Source: Candidatus Micrarchaeota archaeon (GTDB lineage: Archaea > Micrarchaeota > Micrarchaeia > Anstonellales > Bilamarchaeaceae). From it: a stretch of DNA of 64,000 nucleotides. How positions within the stretch are numbered: the stretch's first letter is position 1; each line of letters opens with the position of its first letter. The translations under genes and the position numbers were made by a program. The DNA lies in the NCBI GenBank assembly GCA_038046805.1, contig JBBSVO010000003.1:51120-115119 (forward strand), in the 5' to 3' direction. The notes beneath the pieces are model-generated. The model was not told the origin of the DNA. It saw only the letters and a program-made list of their open reading frames with translations, and ran no database searches. This document shows positions 1-9,142 of the stretch, one piece after another.

Positions 1-1568
1 GCAAAGCGTGGAAAAGCGCTTGTAAGATTCTGCTCGGAGATGAAATAGGGGAACTTGAACAGTTTGAAGATTACCTTTACCAGTATATCGGGCATATTGA
101 TGAAAAAAATTCGGCTATATCCGGCAAACCGGTGGCAGTATCCGGTTCTGATATCTGCAGCAATGGGAGAATAATAGGAAATGAAGAGATTGGAGAGTAC
201 GAACAAATACTTAAGAGCGTCAAACTGGACATAGATTCTATAAAAGACATTGAGTCTATTCTTGAAGCAGTTGGAGAAAAACTTTATTATTCCGGGGGAA
301 TAACCCTGGGAAATTCAAAATATGTTCAAGAAACAAACAGATGCGTAGATTCTTCATTCGTATACAGGTCAATGGACGTATACGAAGGATGCAAATATGT
401 AGCGCTTTCAGACCAGGTGCGCAAATGCGAATATGTATTTGGAGTAGGATTAACCGGTGAAAGCAGCTTCATTATACGTGGGCATGAAGTCTGGAGAGAC
501 GCCCGCTGCTTTGAGGGATTCAGGACATATAACTCATCCGACTGTTATTACGTTGCAAACCTTGAAGGATGCAATAACTGCATGTTTTCCTTCAACCAGA
601 GAAACAAAAGCAATTTGATCGGGAATTTACAGTTTTCAAAAGATGAGTATACGGGGATAAAGGAAAAACTTTTGGAGGATATACGAACAATTCTCAGAGA
701 AAGAAAAACGATACCTGGAATAGTTGATATTGTTGCCAAGACGGATGCTAAACAGGAAAAAAGCACCGAAGCTTGTATCGTAAAAACAAGGGCAACTTTC
801 GCACCAAAAGATGTTGAAACTGCATTTCAAGAAGTGAGCCGCATTGTGCTTGGCAAGAGACTGACCAAACTTATTGATTATGAAAACTGGCTTACAAAAC
901 ATTCTGGAAAGGTAATTGGAGTTAAATCACAAATCAGTGATGGAGTAGTTTATGTGCCACCACTGGAAGCCTTTGTAGAAATAAGGAATAGTGCAATTAA
1001 AGAGGATGAAGCTCTGGAATACGGAAAAAATACAGTTGGGATTAGAGAGCTGAATGGATTAACCCCATTAAACGCAAGAGAGCGATTGGCATGTATCAAA
1101 CTTACAACCCCGGAGATAACTTTTGGGGAGAACATAGATATAACCGAATGCTCCGGGTATGGAGTAAATACTGCGCACGCATTCCGCGGGTCGTTTATCT
1201 ATGCAGACAAATGCGTTGCGTATTCCTATTTCATAAGAAATTCCGAATACATTTTCGGCTCTTCCCTGATTTTCCTGAGCAAATACTGCATAAATTGCTA
1301 TCATTCCCAGAACCTTACCCGTTGCTTTGAAGTGAGCGACTCAACAAACTGCAGTGACTGCTATTTTTGCCATAATTGCGAGAGCTTGTCAAACTGTATG
1401 TTTTGTTTTAATACGAAATCCAAGCGCTATGCAATAGCAAATGTTGAAATTGGACCAGAAGCATTTGGCAGAATAAAAAAGCTTGTCCTGGATGACCTGA
1501 CAAAGAGGATAGAGGCGAACAAAGGATTAGATATTGACATTTACAATATCGGATGCCAAAAGAAATAG
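1..1568 (+). CDS. Cys-rich repeat protein (CPR/DPANN-type), fused form, 5'-truncated by window edge
   Basis: Frame open from nt 3 (KAWKSACKILLGDEIGEL...). Motifs CxNCMFSFN and LTRCFEVSDSTNCSDCYFCHNC. Paralogous to 7489-9140 and 17687-19288. Confidence 0.85.
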   Translation, partial: KAWKSACKILLGDEIGELEQFEDYLYQYIGHIDEKNSAISGKPVAVSGSDICSNGRIIGNEEIGEYEQILKSVKLDIDSIKDIESILEAVGEKLYYSGGITLGNSKYVQETNRCVDSSFVYRSMDVYEGCKYVALSDQVRKCEYVFGVGLTGESSFIIRGHEVWRDARCFEGFRTYNSSDCYYVANLEGCNNCMFSFNQRNKSNLIGNLQFSKDEYTGIKEKLLEDIRTILRERKTIPGIVDIVAKTDAKQEKSTEACIVKTRATFAPKDVETAFQEVSRIVLGKRLTKLIDYENWLTKHSGKVIGVKSQISDGVVYVPPLEAFVEIRNSAIKEDEALEYGKNTVGIRELNGLTPLNARERLACIKLTTPEITFGENIDITECSGYGVNTAHAFRGSFIYADKCVAYSYFIRNSEYIFGSSLIFLSKYCINCYHSQNLTRCFEVSDSTNCSDCYFCHNCESLSNCMFCFNTKSKRYAIANVEIGPEAFGRIKKLVLDDLTKRIEANKGLDIDIYNIGCQKK

Positions 1569-1586
1569 AAACTGGAAGGTAAACCG

Positions 1587-2626
1587 ATGAATAACATACT
1601 TGCAAAGAACAACCGAAGAAACCCTAGAATAAAACTGTTTCTTACAGCCGCATTACTCGTAGCCGCACCGCTTTTTACGTCTTGCTCGAGTACAAAATAT
1701 GAAAGTGACGCACGCTCGCAAAAACCCAGAATCTCGCTTAATGCACCTGAGACAAGACAAGACAAAACGAAGAATATACAGAAAAAGAAGCTGAATTGCT
1801 TGCAAAATTACCTTACCTGAAAGAAATGACAGATGTCGAACGATACAGACTATTTGAAGAACTGAAAGAAGTTGGTGGGGAAAAAACAATCGTTGCACTC
1901 ACTCCACTTTTGGATGTAATTTGGACGCATGATCCTAATGTTTCCGATGCAGTAAGAACATTACAGGTGCTTGGAAAGCGAAATCCGCAATTAATTCTGG
2001 ACATCGTATACCAAGGAACAGACGACCAAGGTAGCAATGCAGTAAAAGTTTTGAGAGATATGGGCATTGATGAATTTGAAAGGATACGAATGCTGATTGG
2101 GCTTTATGTTGAAGGTAAAAAAAGAGGAGGAGTTCTCATAGATGCGGAGTACGCGGTAAAAGATTTGATAAAAGGCAGGGAAAATGACCCGCGCATTATG
2201 GCTTTAATCAAAGAAACCTATGAAAAAGCCGATTCTTATGGCAAATATTGTCTTCTGGGTTTTCTTGAGCTGATACCAGGTATTGATGCCGAACAGTTAT
2301 TGGCAAGAGAACTGAGCAACGATGATAGAAATATTAGGCAAAGAGCAGCACGTTGGTTACAATTTCGAAGAATAGAAGACCTTGCAACAAAAGAGGCGCT
2401 CTGGAAAATGGCTGAAACAGAAATTGACCAAGATGTGGTGGCACAGCTACTTGGAACCATGCTAGAACAGGGTTTAATTTCGCGGAAGGATTGTAGTTAT
2501 GAAGGCAGAAAAAGCACAACTAATGATGGACGCGGAGAAAAAAGAAAGATAAGACTATTTAGATCAGAAGAGTTGGGCTGTACTTTATCCAGAGGATCGC
2601 CAGTTGGAAAGGAACAACGCAATTAA
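1587..2626 (+). pseudogene. Lipoprotein with HEAT-like repeats, frameshifted at (AGACA)3 repeat 1750-1764
   Basis: ORF 1587-1820 has a lipoprotein-like signal (LLVAAPLFTSC) and ORF 1796-2626 has HEAT-like motifs (DRNIRQRAA). Removing one 5-bp unit joins them in frame. Confidence 0.65.
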
Positions 2627-2688
2627 TAGGGAAAACCCTAAACCAACCAAACTTATAGATTTTTATAATTTTCGTTAATTGAACAAAT

Positions 2689-3264
2689 ATGACATCTAAT
2701 TTTTCATGGCAATCCTTCAAAGCCCAAAAGATTGCAGAACTCAGCGAGCATATTGAAGCAAAACGTGCGGATCCGCTTTGCCTGCCAGTCATAGACGCAA
2801 TAAACAAAAACCCCTCTCTTGTTACAACCTCGTCCTGCTCAGGCAGATTCGTTCTTCTTGAATTTAACATTGAAACCAGCAAAAAAGAGGCGAAATTTTA
2901 CAAAAGATGGCACAGGACCGTAACCGCTGAGGAAGTCGAACTCGCGCTCAGCGAATATCCCGAAACCAAAAACTTACCGCTCTGGTTCAAGGTTGAACCA
3001 TTTATTTTTCATGTTGCCGCAAAGGACCTGAACACGGCAAAAAAATTCCTTGAAACCGTGCGAAAAATAGGAATTAAACGGGGCGGGATACAAACCGTGT
3101 CTGCAAATAAAATAATGATAGAAATTCAAGGAACGGGTTACATGGCAATTCCAACCTGGGCAATCAATGGCGAATGGACTAAGGTAATAGATATTGGAAA
3201 CGAAATACTGGAGAGAAATTTCAAAATGCTTAAAAAGATGGAGAAAGTATTCGAGAGTTGGTGA
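2689..3264 (+). CDS. taw3: tRNA(Phe) wybutosine methyltransferase TYW3/Taw3
   Basis: D..I...IN, TTSSCSGR, KRWH and EPFIFHV motifs. Confidence 0.92.
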   Translation: MTSNFSWQSFKAQKIAELSEHIEAKRADPLCLPVIDAINKNPSLVTTSSCSGRFVLLEFNIETSKKEAKFYKRWHRTVTAEEVELALSEYPETKNLPLWFKVEPFIFHVAAKDLNTAKKFLETVRKIGIKRGGIQTVSANKIMIEIQGTGYMAIPTWAINGEWTKVIDIGNEILERNFKMLKKMEKVFESW

Positions 3265-3269
3265 TAACT

Positions 3270-3419
3270 ATGCCGAATTGCGCAAAATGTGGAAATGACA
3301 GGGCAGACAAATTCATGCAATGCAATAATTGCAAGGCAGTGCTATGTGATAGATGTGGTTTTGAAGGGAACAACTGCCCTATGTGTCCTTACGGAAAATT
3401 AGCAGGGTATAACCGATAG
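3270..3419 (+). CDS. 49-aa Zn-finger protein (4 CxxC), not in ORF track
   Basis: MPNCAKCGNDRADKFMQCNNCKAVLCDRCGFEGNNCPMCPYGKLAGYNR, with GGTGA SD at 3260. Confidence 0.8.
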   Translation: MPNCAKCGNDRADKFMQCNNCKAVLCDRCGFEGNNCPMCPYGKLAGYNR

Positions 3420-3433
3420 ATACAGGTGAGAAA

Positions 3434-3601
3434 ATGAATCTACGATGCACTAAATGCAGTTATGAAAGAAGCAGCGATTCCGAGACATTCTACAGATGTG
3501 ACTACAACCGATGCGGCGCCATGATATGCAGGGGCTGCGGCATGTCTGACGGCAATAGATGTCCATTGTGCAACACCGGAAGCGTGCGCGAAATACGGTA
3601 G
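3434..3601 (+). CDS. 55-aa Zn-finger protein, paralog of upstream ORF, not in ORF track
   Basis: MNLRCTKCSYERSSDSETFYRCDYNRCGAMICRGCGMSDGNRCPLCNTGSVREIR, with AGGTGA SD. Confidence 0.8.
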   Translation: MNLRCTKCSYERSSDSETFYRCDYNRCGAMICRGCGMSDGNRCPLCNTGSVREIR

Positions 3602-3730
3602 AATAGTTCCTGAAAACCAGTGTCTACCCATACCCATGCTTTTTTTAGTGTATAAATACATAAACCACCATCTTTAAAAACAGTTTTGTACTATATATTA
3701 TTGGACGAGCAGTGGAAAGAAGGCTATAGT

Positions 3731-4468
3731 ATGATAGACGAACAACAGTTCCGAAACGCGCTTAATGCGCTTGCTGAAGGCGGCATGACTAGCATACTTG
3801 CAGACGCATTCATCAAAGCCGAAGACGATGGAGATAAGGCAATTATAGAAACGTATCTGATAAAAGGCATAAAAACTTGTGAAAAGGCAAGGTTCCGTTT
3901 GGATATTACGAGTTTACTTAACAGAGAAGGACTAAGCAATGAGATACTTATAGAAACCTTACGGGCCTGTGGAAATATTGGAGAGATTAAGGCTATTGCT
4001 GAATTCAATGAAAAAGGAGAAGAATTAAGTTATCCTGTAAGACAACAAATAGAAGAATCTTTTAAAACTGCCTTGCGGGTTTGCGAGCAGAGGATTTTGG
4101 GCGGAGCGATTGCGGATATTATTAATGCGAGGGAACTCCGGAGTAAATATAGCAAAATTTCAGACGATTTAATGACAATGGCAAGAAAAACTGTAGATAA
4201 TATCACGATAAAACTTGGAAGGCTAAATTATATTGAACTGGCGAGACATAGGGCAATAAAAGAAATGGATGCAATAGGTGCCACCGAAGCAAGGGAAATG
4301 GCCCGAACTGCAGAAAAAGCAGTTTTTGCTTACTTGGAACAAAGAACCGCAGCTCATTTGACTGGAGACGACGTTGCCCTAGATAGAGCGGGGGTAATGC
4401 GACAGAACGATTTACCTACTAGAAAAATAGGGTTGATGAGAAGGCTGGGAAGAAGGCTGTTTTGTTAA
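3731..4468 (+). CDS. Hypothetical alpha-helical protein
   Basis: Long ORF, ATG at 3731, no recognised motif. Confidence 0.7.
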   Translation: MIDEQQFRNALNALAEGGMTSILADAFIKAEDDGDKAIIETYLIKGIKTCEKARFRLDITSLLNREGLSNEILIETLRACGNIGEIKAIAEFNEKGEELSYPVRQQIEESFKTALRVCEQRILGGAIADIINARELRSKYSKISDDLMTMARKTVDNITIKLGRLNYIELARHRAIKEMDAIGATEAREMARTAEKAVFAYLEQRTAAHLTGDDVALDRAGVMRQNDLPTRKIGLMRRLGRRLFC

Positions 4469-4487
4469 GCTATCGCATAATGTCCAA

Positions 4488-4934
4488 TCAGCGCGATGCA
4501 AGTTCCATCAAAGCCTGCACATAGTTCCTCTTCTGTTTTTCCGTTGGCTTATCTGAGAGATTGGTGATCATGTCACATAGTTTAACTGGCAGAACCAGAT
4601 GATTTCTCTTTATTCTCTTGATGTAAGACAAATAATTTGCTCCTTCTTCGCGCGTAAGTAGCAAGACGAGCTTGAGCATGCGATTCCCGAAAGTTTTTGC
4701 AATCCGTTGTTTAATTTCGTTTTTATCTCCATTATAATTTTCTATTACATCATGCAAATAAGCAAGCACGATTTGCTGTTCGTTGCCGCCTGACTCTGCA
4801 ACAAGCCTGGCAACGCGTTTTGGATGAATAAAATAAGGTGTTTTTCCGTCGCGTCTGAACTGGTTGGCATGAACCTCACTGGAGAGTTTTATTGCCTTGC
4901 GAATTATAGACAAAGAACTAATGGTCATATACAT
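4488..4934 (-). CDS. HD-domain protein, Mesh1/small alarmone hydrolase-like
   Basis: H..Q.R.DG.TPYFIHP, LHDVIE and VKLCD..TNL motifs. Confidence 0.88.
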   Translation of the reverse strand: MYMTISSLSIIRKAIKLSSEVHANQFRRDGKTPYFIHPKRVARLVAESGGNEQQIVLAYLHDVIENYNGDKNEIKQRIAKTFGNRMLKLVLLLTREEGANYLSYIKRIKRNHLVLPVKLCDMITNLSDKPTEKQKRNYVQALMELASR

Positions 4935-4943
4935 CCTCAGATA

Positions 4944-6038
4944 TTATCTCGTAATCGCCGCTTCCCCAATCTGTTTCAAATACTCTTCGTGCTTTGCAAA
5001 ATAATCCCGCGATGGCTTCAGCATGTTCACAAGCTCGCGTGCAACCGCAGCCTTAAGATCCATTGGATGAAGCTTTCCTTCCCCATATGTTTTCCGCAAT
5101 TCCGCATCATCAACGAATTCGATATCTCCACCGAACTTCGCGGGCCTTTCGACTTTTAGCGGTTTATCACGCAAAATAAGATGCTCAGCAATCTCAAAGA
5201 TCGGATTTCCCTCGCACACTTTTTCAGGGCAGAACGCCTTCTTTATCTTGTTTTGTATCTCAGCTTCGCTGTCGTGAATAAATATTGCTGAATTTGGCTT
5301 GCTTTTACTCATTTTGACTTCAACTTCTTGCTCTATTTTAACATCAGAAACATCCCCAGTCTTCATACCTTCTGGGTTCATTCTTGAACTACCGATTAAA
5401 CCTGGTAGAAGATGCGTATGTAAAGCAACGAATTTCTTTTTGAATTTTGGTGCAAGTTCTCTGGCAAGCATATGAACTTTTCTCTGATCCATTCCAGCAT
5501 GCGCAATTTGAACATCAAGCAAGAAAATATCTGCTGCCTGAAGTGCAGGATAGAGCGCAACTCCTGCAGAAACTGCATCGGTTTCTTTACGACCCATAAT
5601 GGTTATGCACCTGAGCATTCTTTTCAAGGTGGTATCGCGCATTATTTTTACTACATCTTTCCAGTAATCAGCATCATACAAATCAGTAGCAAGAGGATAT
5701 TCGACCTGATCTTCAGTTAACCCTAAAGAAATGAACGCGTGTTTGAAGTATCCGGTGGCAACTCTCCTTATTTTTTCTAAGTCACCGCCAAGCTTATCAT
5801 TAACCCATGAATGGTAATCCGCAAGCCAGATAGTAGGCTTACAACCTGCCTTGAGCAAATCCTTTATTTTCAAACCAACGCATAAACCAGAGCCAAGATG
5901 GACCATTCCCGAGATTTCAAATCCTATATAGTGCTTTGGATGGGAATATGTCTCGAATATTTCTCGCAGATCCGCTTCTGTAACTAATTCTTCTGTAGGC
6001 TTCCGCTTTACAAGTTCTATTTTGGTTTCTAGGTCCAT
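4944..6038 (-). CDS. tyrS: Tyrosyl-tRNA synthetase (archaeal)
   Basis: YIGFEISG, HLGS, YPALQAAD, GMDQRK and KMSKS motifs. Confidence 0.97.
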   Translation of the reverse strand: MDLETKIELVKRKPTEELVTEADLREIFETYSHPKHYIGFEISGMVHLGSGLCVGLKIKDLLKAGCKPTIWLADYHSWVNDKLGGDLEKIRRVATGYFKHAFISLGLTEDQVEYPLATDLYDADYWKDVVKIMRDTTLKRMLRCITIMGRKETDAVSAGVALYPALQAADIFLLDVQIAHAGMDQRKVHMLARELAPKFKKKFVALHTHLLPGLIGSSRMNPEGMKTGDVSDVKIEQEVEVKMSKSKPNSAIFIHDSEAEIQNKIKKAFCPEKVCEGNPIFEIAEHLILRDKPLKVERPAKFGGDIEFVDDAELRKTYGEGKLHPMDLKAAVARELVNMLKPSRDYFAKHEEYLKQIGEAAITR

Positions 6039-6071
6039 TTTTTCACCGAAAATGACAGACGTTCGTTTGGA

Positions 6072-6623
6072 TTATCCATCCTCAAAACTTTCAAAATATG
6101 TATCGCTAAATATATAAGCAAGCTGGTCTCCGATGAAGATATTATCCGCAGCAGAACCACTTAGCATGGAACTTCCCTTAGGCTCGATAATATAGCTTTC
6201 CTTGTTCCATTTGAATCCAACAAAAACATTCCCTTTTTTTGTTACGTAAACCTTGCAATCATCTGAGCCAAGAGACCGAAGTAACGCAGCACAGAGAATA
6301 GCCTTGTCCATTGGACCTGCAGCTTTCAGCTGATCTATTTCCTCAAAGCCCATCCAGAATGGAAGAAGAAATTCGAAATTATGGATTTCACGCAGATATC
6401 CCAGAACTGCCTGGATGGCCTGCAAAAAATGCTTTTCATATGAATAATGATTTATTCCGCCTGTAAGACGCGTTTTAAGTGCAGAAATAAAATCATTATA
6501 TGGAGAAACCCTCTGACGAATTTCCGAGATAGATTTGTTCTCCTTTTCTGAGATTAGACCCTTATATCTATTGACAATAAGCATGTATAGCCTTAGCTTT
6601 GTTTCACTGTCTGCGTCCGGCAT
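6072..6623 (-). CDS. Hypothetical protein, degenerate transglutaminase-like fold
   Basis: G.MDKAILCAALLRSLG motif without catalytic Cys, start MPDAD. Confidence 0.6.
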   Translation of the reverse strand: MPDADSETKLRLYMLIVNRYKGLISEKENKSISEIRQRVSPYNDFISALKTRLTGGINHYSYEKHFLQAIQAVLGYLREIHNFEFLLPFWMGFEEIDQLKAAGPMDKAILCAALLRSLGSDDCKVYVTKKGNVFVGFKWNKESYIIEPKGSSMLSGSAADNIFIGDQLAYIFSDTYFESFEDG

Positions 6624-6662
6624 AGAACAACACAAATATATTATATGGAAAGAGATAAAATT

Positions 6663-7400
6663 ATGACGGATGAGAATAATATCATGGTTTCGCGCGATAC
6701 GCCGCTTATAGTCGAACTCGAGCAGGTTCATGAATGCACCTCGATTGCAGTCACCGACAAAATCAAAGACGTGAAAATAAAATGGCTAGCAACTGTTGGG
6801 GAAGACGAAAAAACAATAATAAATATGTTTGAGGTGGATACTGCCCAGCTAAAGAGAATTGTTGAACTTTGGAAGAGCTTCAAAGAAGTTCCAGAAGTAA
6901 AACTCGTAATGGTCGGACCTCAGAAATCGCAGATTCTGGTTAGGCAGAACAAGAATATCGCTACTGCACCTGCATTGGCAAAGACCGGCACCATGTGGAT
7001 TGAGCCGACATGGACTGAAAGCGGAGTGGACCACGTCTCAATGCTCGCTCCGGGCTACAAGAACTTAAAGGACTTTATAAATCTGGTTAAAGACAGGGGG
7101 TATGATCTAAAAATAAAATCCAAAAGATATATCACACCAAAAGAAATGGTTTCGCTTAATGCATTCAGAACAAGCGGATTCTCAAAGCTAAAAGTTGCAA
7201 GCGAACTCCTGACTGACAAACAATTAGAGGTATTTGATCTTGCATGCAGACATGGGTATTATGAAGAGCCGAAAAAGACGAGTATTGCGGAATTAGCCCA
7301 GAAACTCGGAATAAGCGAGAGCAACTGCGCTGAGTTGCTTCGGAAAGCGGAAAGGAAACTAATGCCGATCCTAAACGAAATTTTAAGGATTATGAGATAA
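6663..7400 (+). CDS. Bat-type (HTH_10) transcriptional regulator
   Basis: C-terminal LTDKQLEVF..A...GYYEEPKK.SI.ELA.KLGIS...ELLRKAERK. Confidence 0.9.
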   Translation: MTDENNIMVSRDTPLIVELEQVHECTSIAVTDKIKDVKIKWLATVGEDEKTIINMFEVDTAQLKRIVELWKSFKEVPEVKLVMVGPQKSQILVRQNKNIATAPALAKTGTMWIEPTWTESGVDHVSMLAPGYKNLKDFINLVKDRGYDLKIKSKRYITPKEMVSLNAFRTSGFSKLKVASELLTDKQLEVFDLACRHGYYEEPKKTSIAELAQKLGISESNCAELLRKAERKLMPILNEILRIMR

Positions 7401-7436
7401 ACAGGTAGTAATATATTGATGAAAGTGCGAGTTAAA

Positions 7437-7467
7437 ACCGCTGTACAGCGGTATTAAGATTATATTA
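7437..7467 (+). promoter_or_regulatory. Perfect 16-bp palindrome ACCGCTGTACAGCGGT plus TATA-like box
   Basis: Palindrome 7437-7452 directly upstream of ATTATATTA, which lies about 25 nt before ATG 7489. Confidence 0.6.
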
Positions 7468-7488
7468 ACTAGTTGCGCAGGCAATAAC

Positions 7489-8256
7489 ATGAATCAAGAG
7501 CTAGAAAAGGCATGGAAAAACACCTGCAACGTGTTACTTGGACGCGAGGTCGGAAACTTACTCGAATTCCAGGACTACTTAAAAAGCTATACTGACCCGA
7601 TCGAGGAAAGGAAATCCGCATTGAGCGGAAACGCGGTTACACTCTCATCGAACCGCATCCCAAAAAATGCGCGGGTAATCGGACTTGAGGAAGTGCCGGC
7701 TTATCTGGACAAGACCGCGGGTATTCCACTGGACATAAACGCGATAAAGGATATTGATTCTATTCTTGAGGCAGTGCGGGAAAAAACATACTACACGGGA
7801 AATGTTGTGCTCGGAAACTCAAACAGTGCAGTAAACTGCCATAGATGCTCCAACACGAATTTTGCTCTTGAATGCCAAGATGTTTATGATGGCAAATATG
7901 TAGCATTTACTACATCAATACGCAGTCCCGAATACACATTTGGCTGCTGTTTTGGCGGTGACGTACAGTTCTGCATAAAGATACTTGATCCTTACAAAAC
8001 AACAAGATGCATGGAATTGTTCCACTGCAATGTAACAACTGACTGCTATTATTCTGCAAGCCTGGAGGATTCCAGCAACTGCATGTTTTCATTCAACCAG
8101 AAAAATAAGCATTATTTGATTGGGAATATTCCGCTTGCGCGGGACAGGTATGTTGAACTAAAGGCAAAACTCGTTGGGGAAATCGCAGACGAACTGAAAC
8201 AGAAGAAAAAGCTGCCATCAATCATAGACATTGTCACTGCCAAGGAGGGGAGCTAA
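7489..8256 (+). CDS. Cys-rich repeat protein, N-terminal-half gene
   Basis: KAWKNTC.VLLG.EVG.L, IKDIDSILEAV and NCMFSFNQ align with N-half of fused paralogs. Confidence 0.85.
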   Translation: MNQELEKAWKNTCNVLLGREVGNLLEFQDYLKSYTDPIEERKSALSGNAVTLSSNRIPKNARVIGLEEVPAYLDKTAGIPLDINAIKDIDSILEAVREKTYYTGNVVLGNSNSAVNCHRCSNTNFALECQDVYDGKYVAFTTSIRSPEYTFGCCFGGDVQFCIKILDPYKTTRCMELFHCNVTTDCYYSASLEDSSNCMFSFNQKNKHYLIGNIPLARDRYVELKAKLVGEIADELKQKKKLPSIIDIVTAKEGS

Positions 8257-9140
8257 TGGACGAATTTGAAATCCAGAGATTCCACTGGTCTGCGACCAGT
8301 GGTCACCCAAGTAATACCCATCCGGTGGAATCTCTGCCTGTCAAAAACATTCAAGCCACCGGTCTCCGACCGGTGGTTTTTGACAAAACATTTCAGATGA
8401 TGACTGCTCTTATACTTGGCAGGAAGTTAAGCGGATTTATAGATTACGAAGAATGGCTTTTGAAGCACGTTTCGGGTATGATAAAAGTAAAGTCTGTGAT
8501 AAGCGATAAAGAGGTTTACCTGCCAGAAAATGAGTTTTATAAAGAGGTTAAAGAAAGAGTTGTTACGATTGAGGAGGCATACGAAGAGCTGGGAAAAAAA
8601 CAGATTACCGAGAACGAGCTCGAGAAGCTGTCGCTTTCCAATGCCGCATCCACCCTGCGCAATATATCCGTAACTACCTCGGACACACAATACGGAACAA
8701 ACTCAAATCTAATCGAGTGCCCGATGTATTATAATTCGCATTATGGCTTCAGGGCCCCGGCATTGAACCAGTCAAAACATGTCATATACTCGTTTTGGCC
8801 AAGACAATCGGAGTATATGATCGGATGCCATTATGTATTCTCCTCAAAATTCTGCATCAAATGCTATAATTGCGAGAATATCACCCGCTGCTTTGAAGTA
8901 AGCGACTCAAACAACTGCTCAGACTGCTATTTTTGCCATAATTGCGATAATGTTTCAAATTCCATGTTCTGCTTCAATGTGAAAAGCAAAAGATATGCGA
9001 TTGCAAATGTCGAGGTGGGGCGCAAGCAGTACATGAAGATAAGGGAAATTGTGCTGAACGAGATTGTCGGCAAACTTGAAAGAGATAAAATGCTTGAAAT
9101 TGATATTTACAATCTGCAGCTGGAGCCACGGAGTAAGTGA
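8256..9140 (+). CDS. Cys-rich repeat protein, C-terminal-half gene with 38-aa in-frame insertion
   Basis: TAATG coupling, ITRCFEVSDSNNCSDCYFCHNC, aligns with C-half of fused paralogs. Confidence 0.85.
   Translation: MDEFEIQRFHWSATSGHPSNTHPVESLPVKNIQATGLRPVVFDKTFQMMTALILGRKLSGFIDYEEWLLKHVSGMIKVKSVISDKEVYLPENEFYKEVKERVVTIEEAYEELGKKQITENELEKLSLSNAASTLRNISVTTSDTQYGTNSNLIECPMYYNSHYGFRAPALNQSKHVIYSFWPRQSEYMIGCHYVFSSKFCIKCYNCENITRCFEVSDSNNCSDCYFCHNCDNVSNSMFCFNVKSKRYAIANVEVGRKQYMKIREIVLNEIVGKLERDKMLEIDIYNLQLEPRSK
8270..8384 (-). mobile_element. Non-autonomous IS200/IS605-like miniature element (PATE/MITE)
   Basis: Twin hairpins CCACTGGTC-TGC-GACCAGTGG and CCACCGGTC-TCC-GACCGGTGG, GTCAAAAAC/GTTTTTGAC inverted repeat. 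A 114-bp removal gives MDEFDKTF. Confidence 0.7.
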
Positions 9141-9142
9141 AA

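Noticed and set aside
8265..8384. BHB mRNA intron explanation for the 114-bp insert
   Set aside because: No 4-bp central helix found at the junction. IS200/IS605-like ends fit better.
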